This document shows, piece after piece, positions 6,606 through 15,648 of a stretch of 25,301 bases of DNA. Position 1 is the stretch's first letter; each line of letters starts with the position of its first letter. The stretch lies in the UHGV virus genome UHGV-0254345. The stretch is one strand, 5' to 3'. Both the position numbers and the translations under genes were made by a program. This stretch comes from a virus. The notes below the pieces were generated by a model. The model saw nothing but the letters and a program-made list of their open reading frames with translations. It was not told the DNA's origin and did not search any database.

Positions 6606-6854
6606 GTGGTAACAGATAACCGCTCACTGATGAGCAGTGCTCATCAGAAGGCATTCAGTCTTGCAACACAGTTACCTCCTGAAACCATAAAAGCGTGTCG
6701 TGAGTTGACTGAACTCAGCATTGCCGGGGAAATATCCCTGGAACAACTGCATTCGCTGCTGGCAGGGGCTGTCACTGATGAGTTGAGTGGCGTGGACGTG
6801 ATGACTGAAGAGCTTGAGTTCCGAATCAAAAGCATTCTGACAGGTAAAGCCTGA
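6606..6854 (+). CDS. small protein carrying a duplicated TerS C-terminal tail (function unknown)
   Basis: GTG start with AGGAGG 6 nt upstream; stop overlaps TerL ATG; last 28 aa AVTDELSGVDVMTEELEFRIKSILTGKA match the TerS C-terminus AVTDELRGVDGMSEQIEFRIRQMLLGKA at 19/28 positions. Confidence 0.6.
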   Translation: MVTDNRSLMSSAHQKAFSLATQLPPETIKACRELTELSIAGEISLEQLHSLLAGAVTDELSGVDVMTEELEFRIKSILTGKA

Positions 6855-8518
6855 TGAACAAAGCCAAAGAAAAGTCTCCTTCACTGATACAAATGACACC
6901 TCCCCGCAAAATTGATCTGTCCGGTGAAAAAGCCCTGCTGGGCGTGGATGTGCCGGACAGCCTTGATTTGCCCGGTGATATGCCGGTGTTTCTGGATTAT
7001 CAGGCCCGCTGGTTTGCAGATGAAAGTCAGGTCTGCATCGCGGAGAAATCCCGACGCACCGGGCTTACCTGGGCGGAAGCCGGGCGTAACGTCATTACCG
7101 CCGCAAAGCCTAAGCGTCGTGGTGGCCGTAATGTGTTTTATGTGGGGTCAAAACAGGAGATGGCGCTGGAATATATTTCTGCCTGCGCGCTGTTCTCCCG
7201 TGCCTTTAACCAGCTGGCAGATGCTGATGTGTATGAGCAGACATTCTGGGATCGGGATAAAAAAGAAGAAATTCTGACCTACATGATCCGCTTTCCGAAC
7301 AGTGGATTCAAAATTCAGGCATTGTCTTCCCGTCCGTCAAACCTGCGCGGTCTTCAGGGGGATGTGGTGATTGATGAAGCCGCGTTCCACGAGTCACTGG
7401 ATGAGCTTCTCAAGGCGGCAATGGCGCTTACCATGTGGGGCGCACGCGTGCGCATTATTTCCACGCATAACGGCGTCGATAATCTGTTTAATCAGTACAT
7501 TCAGGAAGCCCGCGAGGGGCGCAAGGATTACAGCGTCCACCGCATAACCCTGGATGATGCCATTGCGGACGGGCTGTACCGTCGTATCTGTTACGTCACC
7601 GATCAGGAATGGTCACCGGAAAGCGAGCAGAAATGGCGTGATGATCTCTACAAAAACGCCCCGACCCGTGAGGATGCCGACGAGGAATACGGCTGTATCC
7701 CGAAAAAATCCGGCGGTGCCTATATTCCTCACGCGCTTATTGAAATGGCGATGATTCGTGACATCCCGATTCTGACGTTTGAAGCCCCGGACGACTTCAT
7801 CAGCCGTGCCGCATGGCTGCGTGAATCGGAAGTTTTAACCTGGTGTGAAGAACATTTAAAACCGCTTACAGAGAAATTAAATCCCCGTTCCCGCTTCAGC
7901 TTCGGGGAAGACTTTGCCCGCACCGGTGACCTGTCCTGCTTTGTGCTGCTGGAAATCACCGAACTCCTGGCAAAGCGCGAGGTGTTTCGCGTGGAGCTGC
8001 GCAACCTGCCGTATGCCCAGCAGGAACAGGTGATGATGTACATCCTGACCCGCGTTCCGGCGCTGGTCGGTGCGGCGTTCGACGCCACCGGTAACGGCGG
8101 CTATCTGGCAGAGGCCGCACTGCTGGCCTTTGGCCCGGACATCATCGACTGCGTGATGTTGTCGCCGAAGTGGTACGGCGAGTGGATGCCAAAACTGAAA
8201 GCCGAGTTTGAAGATCAGAATATCCTCGTCGCCCGCCATCAGACCACGCTTGATGATTTGCGCCATGTGAAGGTGGTGAATGGTATCCCGCAAATCGACA
8301 AGGGGCGCACGAAGGACCAGAACGCAACGGCTGCGAACGCCCGCCGCCATGGTGATTTTGCCGTGGCACTCTGTATGGCAAACCGGGCGTCATACATGGA
8401 GGGTTTCATCCTGGATGAATCAGCCTGTCAGGCGCTACCGGAGCGGTCGCGGGCAATGGAGGGCGGTTATCGTGATGACGATGAGGCATATCATGAATTT
8501 GATCGGGGGGGCTGGTAG
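6854..8518 (+). CDS. terminase large subunit (Mu gp28-like)
   Basis: 554 aa, between TerS-like and portal genes; stop overlaps portal start. Confidence 0.8.
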   Translation: MNKAKEKSPSLIQMTPPRKIDLSGEKALLGVDVPDSLDLPGDMPVFLDYQARWFADESQVCIAEKSRRTGLTWAEAGRNVITAAKPKRRGGRNVFYVGSKQEMALEYISACALFSRAFNQLADADVYEQTFWDRDKKEEILTYMIRFPNSGFKIQALSSRPSNLRGLQGDVVIDEAAFHESLDELLKAAMALTMWGARVRIISTHNGVDNLFNQYIQEAREGRKDYSVHRITLDDAIADGLYRRICYVTDQEWSPESEQKWRDDLYKNAPTREDADEEYGCIPKKSGGAYIPHALIEMAMIRDIPILTFEAPDDFISRAAWLRESEVLTWCEEHLKPLTEKLNPRSRFSFGEDFARTGDLSCFVLLEITELLAKREVFRVELRNLPYAQQEQVMMYILTRVPALVGAAFDATGNGGYLAEAALLAFGPDIIDCVMLSPKWYGEWMPKLKAEFEDQNILVARHQTTLDDLRHVKVVNGIPQIDKGRTKDQNATAANARRHGDFAVALCMANRASYMEGFILDESACQALPERSRAMEGGYRDDDEAYHEFDRGGW

Positions 8519-10107
8519 TGGGACGCATCATTGATACTGACGGAAAACCTTTCTCCTTTGACCCGGAGATGCAGAGTGCCGCGCTGGATATTCCGCAGAT
8601 TGCCAGCCGTTATATTGAACATCCGGCTTCGGGTATCACCCCGAACCGGGCGGCGCAGTGCCTTCGCGGGGCTGAACGTGGCGATCTGATTGCCCAGTCC
8701 GATCTGGCCGCTGATATTGAAGAAAAGGACACCCACCTTTTTGCGGAGCTGGGCAAGCGACGTCTTGCCATTCAGGGGGTGCCATGGAGTATTGAGCCGC
8801 CACCGAACGCCAGCGCGAATGAGAAAAAGGACGCGGAAATGCTCGACGAATATCTGCATTCCGCAGACTGGTTTGATGCCATGCTGTTTGACGCCACGGA
8901 TGCCATCCTGAAGGGCTATTCCTGCATGGAAATTGAGCACGGGATGCTCGGTAAAATGCACATCATCCGCGCCATCCGCTGGCGTGACAGCGGGCATTTC
9001 TGCCTTAACCCGGATGATTTGAGCGAACTGCGGCTGCGTGACGGCAGCCATTCCGGGGTGGCGTTTCAGCCCTTTGGCTGGATAGTGCATCAGTCGCGTT
9101 CACGCACCGGTTACGGTGGTGCAACCGGGCTTGTCCGGACGCTTATCTGGCCGTTCATTTTCAAAAACTATTCCGTGCGCGATCTGGCGGAATTTCTGGA
9201 GGTGTACGGCCTGCCGATGAAGGTCGGGAAATACCCGTCCGGGGCAACACCGGAGCAGAAAAGTGCCCTGATGCGGGCGGTGATGGATATCGGGCGACGT
9301 ACAGGCGGGATCATCCCGGCCGGGATGTCGCTGGAGTTTCAGGCGGCAGCGAACGGTCAGGCCGATCCGTTTGAAACCATGATTTCGTGGGGGGAGCGTT
9401 CCATCTCCAAAGCAATACTCGGCGGCACGCTGACCACGGAAGCCGGAGACAAAGGCGCGCGCTCACTGGGTGAGGTACATAACGAGGTGCGCCGGGAAAT
9501 CAGGGATTCTGATTTACGACAGCTGGCTGCAACCCTGAACCGCGATCTGGTGTATCCGCTGTACGCCCTGAACACCACGCACACTATTGATATCCGCCGT
9601 CTGCCACGTATCTGCTTCCAGACAAAAGAACCAGGTGATATCACCAAAATCACCAGTGCGGTGATGCAGCTCAGTACGGGGATGGATATTTCTGATCCCT
9701 GGATACGTGAGCAGACCGGTATTCCGCAGCCCACGCCCGGTGAAGCCATATTCCGTGTCCGTCAGAGTGGCAATGAACCGGCTCAGACCGACAGGGAAAC
9801 ACCACCGGAAAAACAGGAAAAAACAGAGCAGACGGCGCTGTCAGCCAGACTGCCGGAAGCGAAAAGCACGCCGCGTGATGAACTGGATGATATGGGGGAC
9901 GCGGTGCCTGCCCGCCGCTTACAGGAGGCCATCGACCCGGTACTGGAGCCGGTCATTGATGCCATCAGAACGCGGGGGCTGGCGGATGCGCTGGCAGACC
10001 TGCCTGCCCTTTATCGTGAAATGGATGATTCCCGCCTGATGACGCTGCTCAGTGATGCCATGTTTGCTGCGGAAATGAAGGGGATGCTGGATGGCTCAGG
10101 AGATTGA
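8518..10107 (+). CDS. portal protein (Mu gp29 / DUF935 family)
   Basis: GTG start overlapping TerL stop with G-rich SD upstream; 529 aa; position and length as Mu portal. Confidence 0.8.
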   Translation: MGRIIDTDGKPFSFDPEMQSAALDIPQIASRYIEHPASGITPNRAAQCLRGAERGDLIAQSDLAADIEEKDTHLFAELGKRRLAIQGVPWSIEPPPNASANEKKDAEMLDEYLHSADWFDAMLFDATDAILKGYSCMEIEHGMLGKMHIIRAIRWRDSGHFCLNPDDLSELRLRDGSHSGVAFQPFGWIVHQSRSRTGYGGATGLVRTLIWPFIFKNYSVRDLAEFLEVYGLPMKVGKYPSGATPEQKSALMRAVMDIGRRTGGIIPAGMSLEFQAAANGQADPFETMISWGERSISKAILGGTLTTEAGDKGARSLGEVHNEVRREIRDSDLRQLAATLNRDLVYPLYALNTTHTIDIRRLPRICFQTKEPGDITKITSAVMQLSTGMDISDPWIREQTGIPQPTPGEAIFRVRQSGNEPAQTDRETPPEKQEKTEQTALSARLPEAKSTPRDELDDMGDAVPARRLQEAIDPVLEPVIDAIRTRGLADALADLPALYREMDDSRLMTLLSDAMFAAEMKGMLDGSGD

Positions 10108-11422
10108 TTTAGGTTATGCCGCCACGCTTCCCTCAAAAGAGACGGTGGCATACTTCCGCGCCAAAGGGGCGCATATCAGCTGGAACTGGTTCGAAACAGC
10201 CGCGGATGTTCATGCCCGCTCATTCACGGCAGCAAAAACGGCACGGCTGGATGTGGTGACCACATTACAGGCCGAAGTGCAGCGGGCCATTGATGAGGGG
10301 ATTTCACAGAAAGAATTTATCCGCACGCTGACGCCACGCCTGCAAAAGCTGGGATGGTGGGGAAAGCAGATTGTGGTGGACAGCGACGGTAACGCGGAAG
10401 AAGTGCAGCTGGGCAGTCCCCGTCGTCTGGCGCTGATTTACAACGTGAACACCCGTGTGGCTTACAATGCCGGGCGTTACACGCAGATGATGAACAACAC
10501 GGACACGCATCCGTTCTGGCAGTATGTGGCGGTCATGGACAGCCGTACCCGCCCGTCGCATTCCGCCCTTAACGGTCTGGTATTCCGCTATGACGATCCG
10601 TTCTGGAAAACACACTACCCGCCCAATGGCTGGAACTGCCGCTGCCGTGTGCGGCCATTGTCTCAGGCCCGTCTGGATGCAATGGGGTTATCCGTTTCAT
10701 CCGGTGAGGATCATCTCTCCACCCGCAATGTTGAGGCTGGCGTGGATAAACAGACCGGAGAAGTCAGAGAAATGCCGGTGACCACATATTCAGATGGCAC
10801 CAGAACCATGACACCGGATGTGGGCTGGTCATATAACCCCGGCTCGGCAGCGTTCGGCACAGACCAGGCGCTGATCCGCAAACTGATCGAGGTGAAAAGC
10901 CCGGCGTTACGGGAAATGGTGGTTCAGGAGATGAACAACAGCCCGGAGCGGCAGCTGGCGTTCCGCATCTGGGCAAAAAACATCATGCAGACCCGGCGAG
11001 GTGGTAACGATATCCGCACGCTGGGCTTTATGACTGAAAGCATTGCGCAGGCAGTGGAAAGCCGGACGGGAACGCCACCGGCCCGCCTGCTGGCGATGAG
11101 CGGTAAAAATGTGCTCCATGCGGACAGTGTGAAACATCAGAATGACGGCATCGCTCTGACGCCGGAGGACTTCGGGCGCTTACCGGCAATGCTGGCAAGG
11201 CCAAAAGCGGTACTGTGGGACAAACGGCACAACAATCTGATGTATATCGTGGAAAATCAGGATGGCAGTGTGCAGATTGCCGTTAATGCACCGTACAGTC
11301 TGAAACGTCAGCCCGACAAACTGGATGTGATTGTGAATGCTTACCGGGTTATCAATATGGATAAGCTGAAATCGGATATCCGGGGCGGAATGCTTGAGGT
11401 GCTGGAAGGACAAATTGATTAA
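10091..11422 (+). CDS. head morphogenesis protein (Mu F-like)
   Basis: 443 aa; overlaps portal 3' end; Mu gene order portal-F-G-I-T. Confidence 0.8.
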   Translation: MAQEIDLGYAATLPSKETVAYFRAKGAHISWNWFETAADVHARSFTAAKTARLDVVTTLQAEVQRAIDEGISQKEFIRTLTPRLQKLGWWGKQIVVDSDGNAEEVQLGSPRRLALIYNVNTRVAYNAGRYTQMMNNTDTHPFWQYVAVMDSRTRPSHSALNGLVFRYDDPFWKTHYPPNGWNCRCRVRPLSQARLDAMGLSVSSGEDHLSTRNVEAGVDKQTGEVREMPVTTYSDGTRTMTPDVGWSYNPGSAAFGTDQALIRKLIEVKSPALREMVVQEMNNSPERQLAFRIWAKNIMQTRRGGNDIRTLGFMTESIAQAVESRTGTPPARLLAMSGKNVLHADSVKHQNDGIALTPEDFGRLPAMLARPKAVLWDKRHNNLMYIVENQDGSVQIAVNAPYSLKRQPDKLDVIVNAYRVINMDKLKSDIRGGMLEVLEGQID

Positions 11423-11505
11423 CGGTCAGTGGCGGGGGTCGAACCCGCATACATGATCCACCCGGAGGCAGGCACCGACTTTACCAGTTAAGCGTACACT
11501 GACCG
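11423..11505 (-). other. tRNA-like structured element (acceptor-like stem plus canonical T-arm; no anticodon arm found)
   Basis: On the minus strand: 9-bp perfect stem (11423-11431 with 11497-11505) stacked on a 5-bp stem GCGGG/CCCGC closing a 7-nt loop TTCGACC (T-loop-like); a D-arm-like hairpin with GG loop is possible; hand search found no 5-bp anticodon stem. Confidence 0.3.
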
Positions 11506-11543
11506 CCTGTTTATTTTATATTCATCCTTTATGCGGAGGCAAT

Positions 11544-12017
11544 ATGTCATCCATTGATGCCGCTGTCGTTGTTGACGTTACGCGTCTCCAGCGGGTGTTT
11601 GCCCGGCTTCAGTTTGTGGGCGGCGGAAAAGACCTGGCCCGCAGTGTGGCGGAGAGTCTTCTGTCATCGTCAGAAATGGCGTTTGAACAGGAAAAAGAGC
11701 CGGACGGCGAACGCTGGCATGACTGGTCAGATCCTTACCGCAAGTGGCGTACCCGTAAGGGATACACGCCCGGCAAAATCCTGACACTGAACGGCGATCT
11801 GGCCCGCCGCCTGACCACGGATTATGGCGATACCTGGGCGCTGATTGGATCAAATGAACCTTATGCGGCCATTCATCAGTGGGGTGGCCTGCCTGGTATG
11901 CCACCGGGACCGGCGGCCATTGGCGCACGTCCGTATATGGGCTTTGATCAGGTGGCAGAACAGGAGATCATGGACGAAATCAGAAAACGCTTTAAAAAGG
12001 CCACAGAAACGCCGTAA
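11544..12017 (+). CDS. virion morphogenesis protein (Mu G-like)
   Basis: GGAGG 7 nt upstream of ATG; 157 aa; position after F. Confidence 0.75.
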   Translation: MSSIDAAVVVDVTRLQRVFARLQFVGGGKDLARSVAESLLSSSEMAFEQEKEPDGERWHDWSDPYRKWRTRKGYTPGKILTLNGDLARRLTTDYGDTWALIGSNEPYAAIHQWGGLPGMPPGPAAIGARPYMGFDQVAEQEIMDEIRKRFKKATETP

Positions 12018-12194
12018 TGGTTTAAGGTATACAAACGCATTGCCTTACCCTCTTCAGGCGCGTGTCGTGATTTTCTAACCTGTATTTAACGGGCTTTAAA
12101 ATCTGCGTGAAGCGCCTTTCTCATTTTTCCCCTGTCAGCACTTTCTGAAGTCCCGCAAAACCGGCCCCGAAAAACACCGGCTTATGCTGCCGGA

Positions 12195-13319
12195 ATGAAG
12201 ACGAAAAACACGCCCAAACTTGCTTATGCCATTCTGAATGCCATCAGCCTGTCCGCAGACGGGGACGGTGACTGGTGTCAGATCATGCCAGCCGGTCGGG
12301 TAAAGGCCCGTGACGGTCGCCCGGAAAAACCGGCGGAAGGCTGGCTGATTAACCATGCGGCCGTTGAGCGCATGGTATCCCGGGTTGTGGCGCTCAATCA
12401 GCCGGTAAAAATTGACTACAACCACCAGACCCTGATTAAGGGGCATCCGGCACCGGCTGCCGGTTTTGTCATGGCCTCACCGGAAAACTTCCGCTTCAGT
12501 GAAGAGCGGGGTTTTGAAGTGCGTCCGGACTGGAACCCTCCGGCCATTGAACACCTGCGCAATAACGAATTTCCCTGGTTTTCCCCGGTGATTGGTTATG
12601 ACGAAATCACCGGTGAACCTGTTGAGCTTCGGATGCTGGCTATTACCGGTGACCCCGGTCTGACTGGCATGAATCCTGTCGCCGCACTGTCGGCGGATGA
12701 CCTTTATAACGCCTTAAACCCTCCTTTAAAGGACACCTCCATGAATGAGCAATTACGCCAGTTGCTGACGGCGCTCGGTCTGACCGTGGCCGACGGTGAC
12801 GAATTTACACCGGAACTGGGCACGGCGGCGCTGTCTGCCCTTACCGGGATCAAAACCCGTGCGGATGCGCACGACACCCTGAAAACGCAGGTTGCCAGCC
12901 TGTCGGCAGAGCTGGAAACCGCAAAAGGCACACCAACTGGCGGCACTATTGATCTGACGAAATACGTGCCCGTTGAGACGTATAACGCCCTGCGTACCGA
13001 ATATGTCGCGTTGTCGGCACAACACGGCAGCACCACGCTGGAGCAGTTGCTGGATAAGGCCGAGTCCGAAGGACGCATTTTCAAAAGCGAACGCGGATAC
13101 ATGGAAGGACTCGGACAACAGATTGGTGTTGCGGCACTTTCTGCACAGCTTGACGCCCGCCAGCCGGTTGCGGCTCTGACCACTCTTCAGACCGACACCG
13201 TAACCGTGCCGGATAAAAAGACCGCCACCGCTGCGCTGTCGGCTGAAGATATCGCCGCCGCCCATCTGCTGGGTAAAACCGAAGCCGAGTTCCTGAAAAT
13301 GAAAGAGGAAATGCAATAA
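12195..13319 (+). CDS. head maturation protease / scaffold protein (Mu I-like)
   Basis: 374 aa; N-terminal LPAG…RDGR…IDYNHQT-type block typical of Mu I-like proteases as remembered; Ala/Thr-rich repetitive C-terminal scaffold-like half; start not well supported by an SD. Confidence 0.75.
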   Translation: MKTKNTPKLAYAILNAISLSADGDGDWCQIMPAGRVKARDGRPEKPAEGWLINHAAVERMVSRVVALNQPVKIDYNHQTLIKGHPAPAAGFVMASPENFRFSEERGFEVRPDWNPPAIEHLRNNEFPWFSPVIGYDEITGEPVELRMLAITGDPGLTGMNPVAALSADDLYNALNPPLKDTSMNEQLRQLLTALGLTVADGDEFTPELGTAALSALTGIKTRADAHDTLKTQVASLSAELETAKGTPTGGTIDLTKYVPVETYNALRTEYVALSAQHGSTTLEQLLDKAESEGRIFKSERGYMEGLGQQIGVAALSAQLDARQPVAALTTLQTDTVTVPDKKTATAALSAEDIAAAHLLGKTEAEFLKMKEEMQ

Positions 13320-14266
13320 TGCCTACCCCGATCACACCGGCGATGATCACCGCCCTGATGACGGGCTACCGTTCTGATTTTCAGGCCGGGATGTCCATGG
13401 CTCCGTCTCAGTACCAGAAAATTGCGATGACCGTACCGTCCACGTCGAAATCCAACACCTACGGCTGGCTGGGGCAGTTCCCGCAGTTCCGTGAGTGGAT
13501 CGGCTCCCGCGTCATCGAGAAGATGAAAGCCTATGGCTACGCCATCGTGAACAAAACCTTTGAAGGCACCGTTGCCATTAGCCGCGATGACTTTGAAGAC
13601 GACAATCTTGGCATCTACTCCCCGTTGTTCCAGGAGATGGGGCGCGCTGCGGCGGCACAACCGGATGAACTGGTCTTTGCTGCACTGCGTGATGGTCTGA
13701 ATGCGGCCTGCTATGACGGCCAGAACTTCTTTGATACCGAACACCCTGTTTACCCCAAAGTGGATGGCTCCGGTGATGCACAGATGGTCAGCAATATGTT
13801 TGTGGCAAAAACCGGCTCTGTCGGTGCACAGGTGGATTACAGCGGCCCGGCCTGGTATCTGCTTGACTGCTCCCGCGCGGTAAAACCGCTGATTTATCAG
13901 GATCGCCGCAAGGCCGAACTGGTTGCCCAGACAAAAGTCGATGAAGGCCGTGCGTTTACTGATAACGAGTTTGTGTTCGGTGCTTCCGCCCGTCGCAATG
14001 TGGGCTACGGCTTCTGGCAGATGGCCTACATGATGCAGTCACCGCTGACGCTGGATGCGCTGTGGCACGGCTGGTCAGCCATGCGTGACTTTAAGGCTGA
14101 CGGTGGCCGCAAACTCGGCATCAAACCCACCCATATTGTTGTCCCCACCTCGCTGGAAAAACAGGCGGTGCAGCTGCTGGAGCGCGAGCTGTTCGCAGAC
14201 GGTAACGCCACAGTCTCTAACGAGATGAAGGGCAAGCTGGAGCTGGTTGTCGCGGATTATCTGTAA
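13319..14266 (+). CDS. major capsid protein (Mu T-like)
   Basis: 315 aa; blocks NTYGWLGQFP, REWIG, YDGQNFFDTEHPVYP match remembered Mu major head subunit; start overlaps I stop. Confidence 0.85.
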   Translation: MPTPITPAMITALMTGYRSDFQAGMSMAPSQYQKIAMTVPSTSKSNTYGWLGQFPQFREWIGSRVIEKMKAYGYAIVNKTFEGTVAISRDDFEDDNLGIYSPLFQEMGRAAAAQPDELVFAALRDGLNAACYDGQNFFDTEHPVYPKVDGSGDAQMVSNMFVAKTGSVGAQVDYSGPAWYLLDCSRAVKPLIYQDRRKAELVAQTKVDEGRAFTDNEFVFGASARRNVGYGFWQMAYMMQSPLTLDALWHGWSAMRDFKADGGRKLGIKPTHIVVPTSLEKQAVQLLERELFADGNATVSNEMKGKLELVVADYL

Positions 14267-14273
14267 ACGGTGA

Positions 14274-14292
14274 GCCGGGCTTACGGCCCGGC
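14274..14292 (+). other. GC-rich stem-loop downstream of capsid gene (no U-tract)
   Basis: GCCGGGC / GCCCGGC 7-bp stem with 5-nt loop, 8 nt after the T stop; not followed by a T-run, so not a classical intrinsic terminator. Confidence 0.4.
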
Positions 14293-14309
14293 CCCTGCGG
14301 AGGGCAAAT

Positions 14310-14669
14310 ATGAATGAACATCACACTGTGGCAGCAACAGATGATTCAGGCCTTCAGGTCAGTGGTGACAGTCCTGTCACGGTACTGGCAGAAGTGCGTT
14401 GCAGTCGTACGCATTTTCGTCGTGCGGGGTTCCTGTTCATGCGGGGACGCCAGCAGGTTGACGTCACCCCGGAGCAGCTTGCCCGACTGGAAGCGGAGCC
14501 ATGCCTCACTGTACGAATACTACAGACGCCTGGTGATGATGCGGGAGCCGTGGCGGGTGTGGTTCATGCAGAGACCGGTGCAGATTTAGCCGAAGCCGAA
14601 ACCGTACAGGATGCTCCCCGGAAAAAGACCGGCAATAACGCCAGACAGGCGAAAAAGGCGCGCGCATGA
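14310..14669 (+). CDS. hypothetical head protein (Mu gp35 position)
   Basis: GGAGGG SD before ATG; stop overlaps next gene start (ATGA); preferred over the overlapping alternate-frame ORF 14314-14589. Confidence 0.5.
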   Translation: MNEHHTVAATDDSGLQVSGDSPVTVLAEVRCSRTHFRRAGFLFMRGRQQVDVTPEQLARLEAEPCLTVRILQTPGDDAGAVAGVVHAETGADLAEAETVQDAPRKKTGNNARQAKKARA

Positions 14670-15085
14670 ATTACGCCACCGAAACCGATATGCGGGCACG
14701 TTACCGCGAGGATTTGCTCAGGCCATTACTGGCCGTGCCCCGTTCGGATGAACCGGACACGCGCAAGCTGAACCGGGCACTGACGGACGCGTCTGCCCTT
14801 ATCGACAGCTATCTGTCTTCCCGTTACACGCTGCCGCTGGCGGTGGTTCCGGCGGTCCTTGTTCAGCATTGCTGCACGATTGCCTTTTATTACCTGTGCG
14901 ATCAGCGGGCATCCGATCAGGCGCGTGACCGTTACCGTGAGGCGCTGGCCTGGCTGAAAGATGTCATGAACGGTAACGTGCCGGTCGGCGTGGATACAGA
15001 CGGTGCGGCCCCTGAATCCGGGGATTTACCGCAGGTGCAGTCTGATGCGGCGGTGTTCGGGCGCAACCAGAAGGGCTTTATATGA
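14666..15085 (+). CDS. head-tail joining protein (Mu gp36 / DUF1320-like)
   Basis: 139 aa; translationally coupled on both sides; Mu synteny. Confidence 0.65.
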   Translation: MNYATETDMRARYREDLLRPLLAVPRSDEPDTRKLNRALTDASALIDSYLSSRYTLPLAVVPAVLVQHCCTIAFYYLCDQRASDQARDRYREALAWLKDVMNGNVPVGVDTDGAAPESGDLPQVQSDAAVFGRNQKGFI

Positions 15086-15645
15086 TTACGGAAACCGAGC
15101 AGGCGTACATCGCCCGTATCCGTGAGTATTTCGGGAATGAACTGGTGTCTGTTGACACACATCCCGGCGACTGGAGCGACAGCGTACTGCGCACCATGCT
15201 GATTAACGCCCCGGCTATCTATGTTGCCTGGCTGGGTGCCGGTGAAGGGCGTACCCGTGGGCGTCTGGTCAGTCACTGGGTGTTCTACGTCATCGGCGAC
15301 ATGCTCAATGGCCGTGAGGTCAGCCGTCCCGGGCTTTATCAGATTGTGGCCCGCCTGATTACCGTGCTGGACGGCTTCAGAGCAGAAAAAACCTCACCGC
15401 TTTACTTTGAAAAGGCGGTCAACGGTTACACCGAAACGCAGGCAGGCAGCGGTGCCGTGATGTACGCCCTGTATTTCTCATGCGAGGAAATGATCGACCC
15501 GCTGACGGATATCAGCTCGCTGGATGATTTCCTGCGCCATTACGAAACCTTTACCGAACCGGAAGGCACGCCGGAGTTTAAGGCACACATCCGTCTGCCT
15601 GGTGCAACTGCCGCCGGTGAAAACGCCGGACCGTCAGAGGAATAA
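15082..15645 (+). CDS. tail completion/neck protein (Mu gp37 / DUF1834-like)
   Basis: 187 aa; ATGA overlap with upstream gene; Mu synteny. Confidence 0.65.
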   Translation: MITETEQAYIARIREYFGNELVSVDTHPGDWSDSVLRTMLINAPAIYVAWLGAGEGRTRGRLVSHWVFYVIGDMLNGREVSRPGLYQIVARLITVLDGFRAEKTSPLYFEKAVNGYTETQAGSGAVMYALYFSCEEMIDPLTDISSLDDFLRHYETFTEPEGTPEFKAHIRLPGATAAGENAGPSEE

Positions 15646-15648
15646 CAG

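Noticed and set aside
5923-6654. 243-aa minus-strand ORF spanning the TerS-like gene
   Set aside because: Ser/Arg-rich low-complexity translation, entirely antisense to coupled plus-strand genes; typical spurious long ORF in GC-rich DNA.
8491-9090. 199-aa minus-strand ORF inside the portal gene
   Set aside because: Antisense to the portal coding frame; no start context; shadow ORF.
11423-11505. Canonical tRNA gene
   Set aside because: Acceptor-like stem and T-arm are convincing, but a hand search of all registers found no 5-bp anticodon stem with a 7-nt loop and no encoded CCA; kept only as a tRNA-like element.
12753-13744. Minus-strand ORFs (187 aa and 185 aa) inside the protease/scaffold and capsid genes
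   Set aside because: Antisense to genes with recognisable conserved capsid/protease blocks; Arg/Gly-rich shadow frames.
14314-14589. Alternate-frame 91-aa ORF overlapping the gp35-position gene
   Set aside because: The 14310-14669 frame is the one whose stop is translationally coupled (ATGA) to the next gene; the alternate frame has Trp/Arg/Cys-rich composition.
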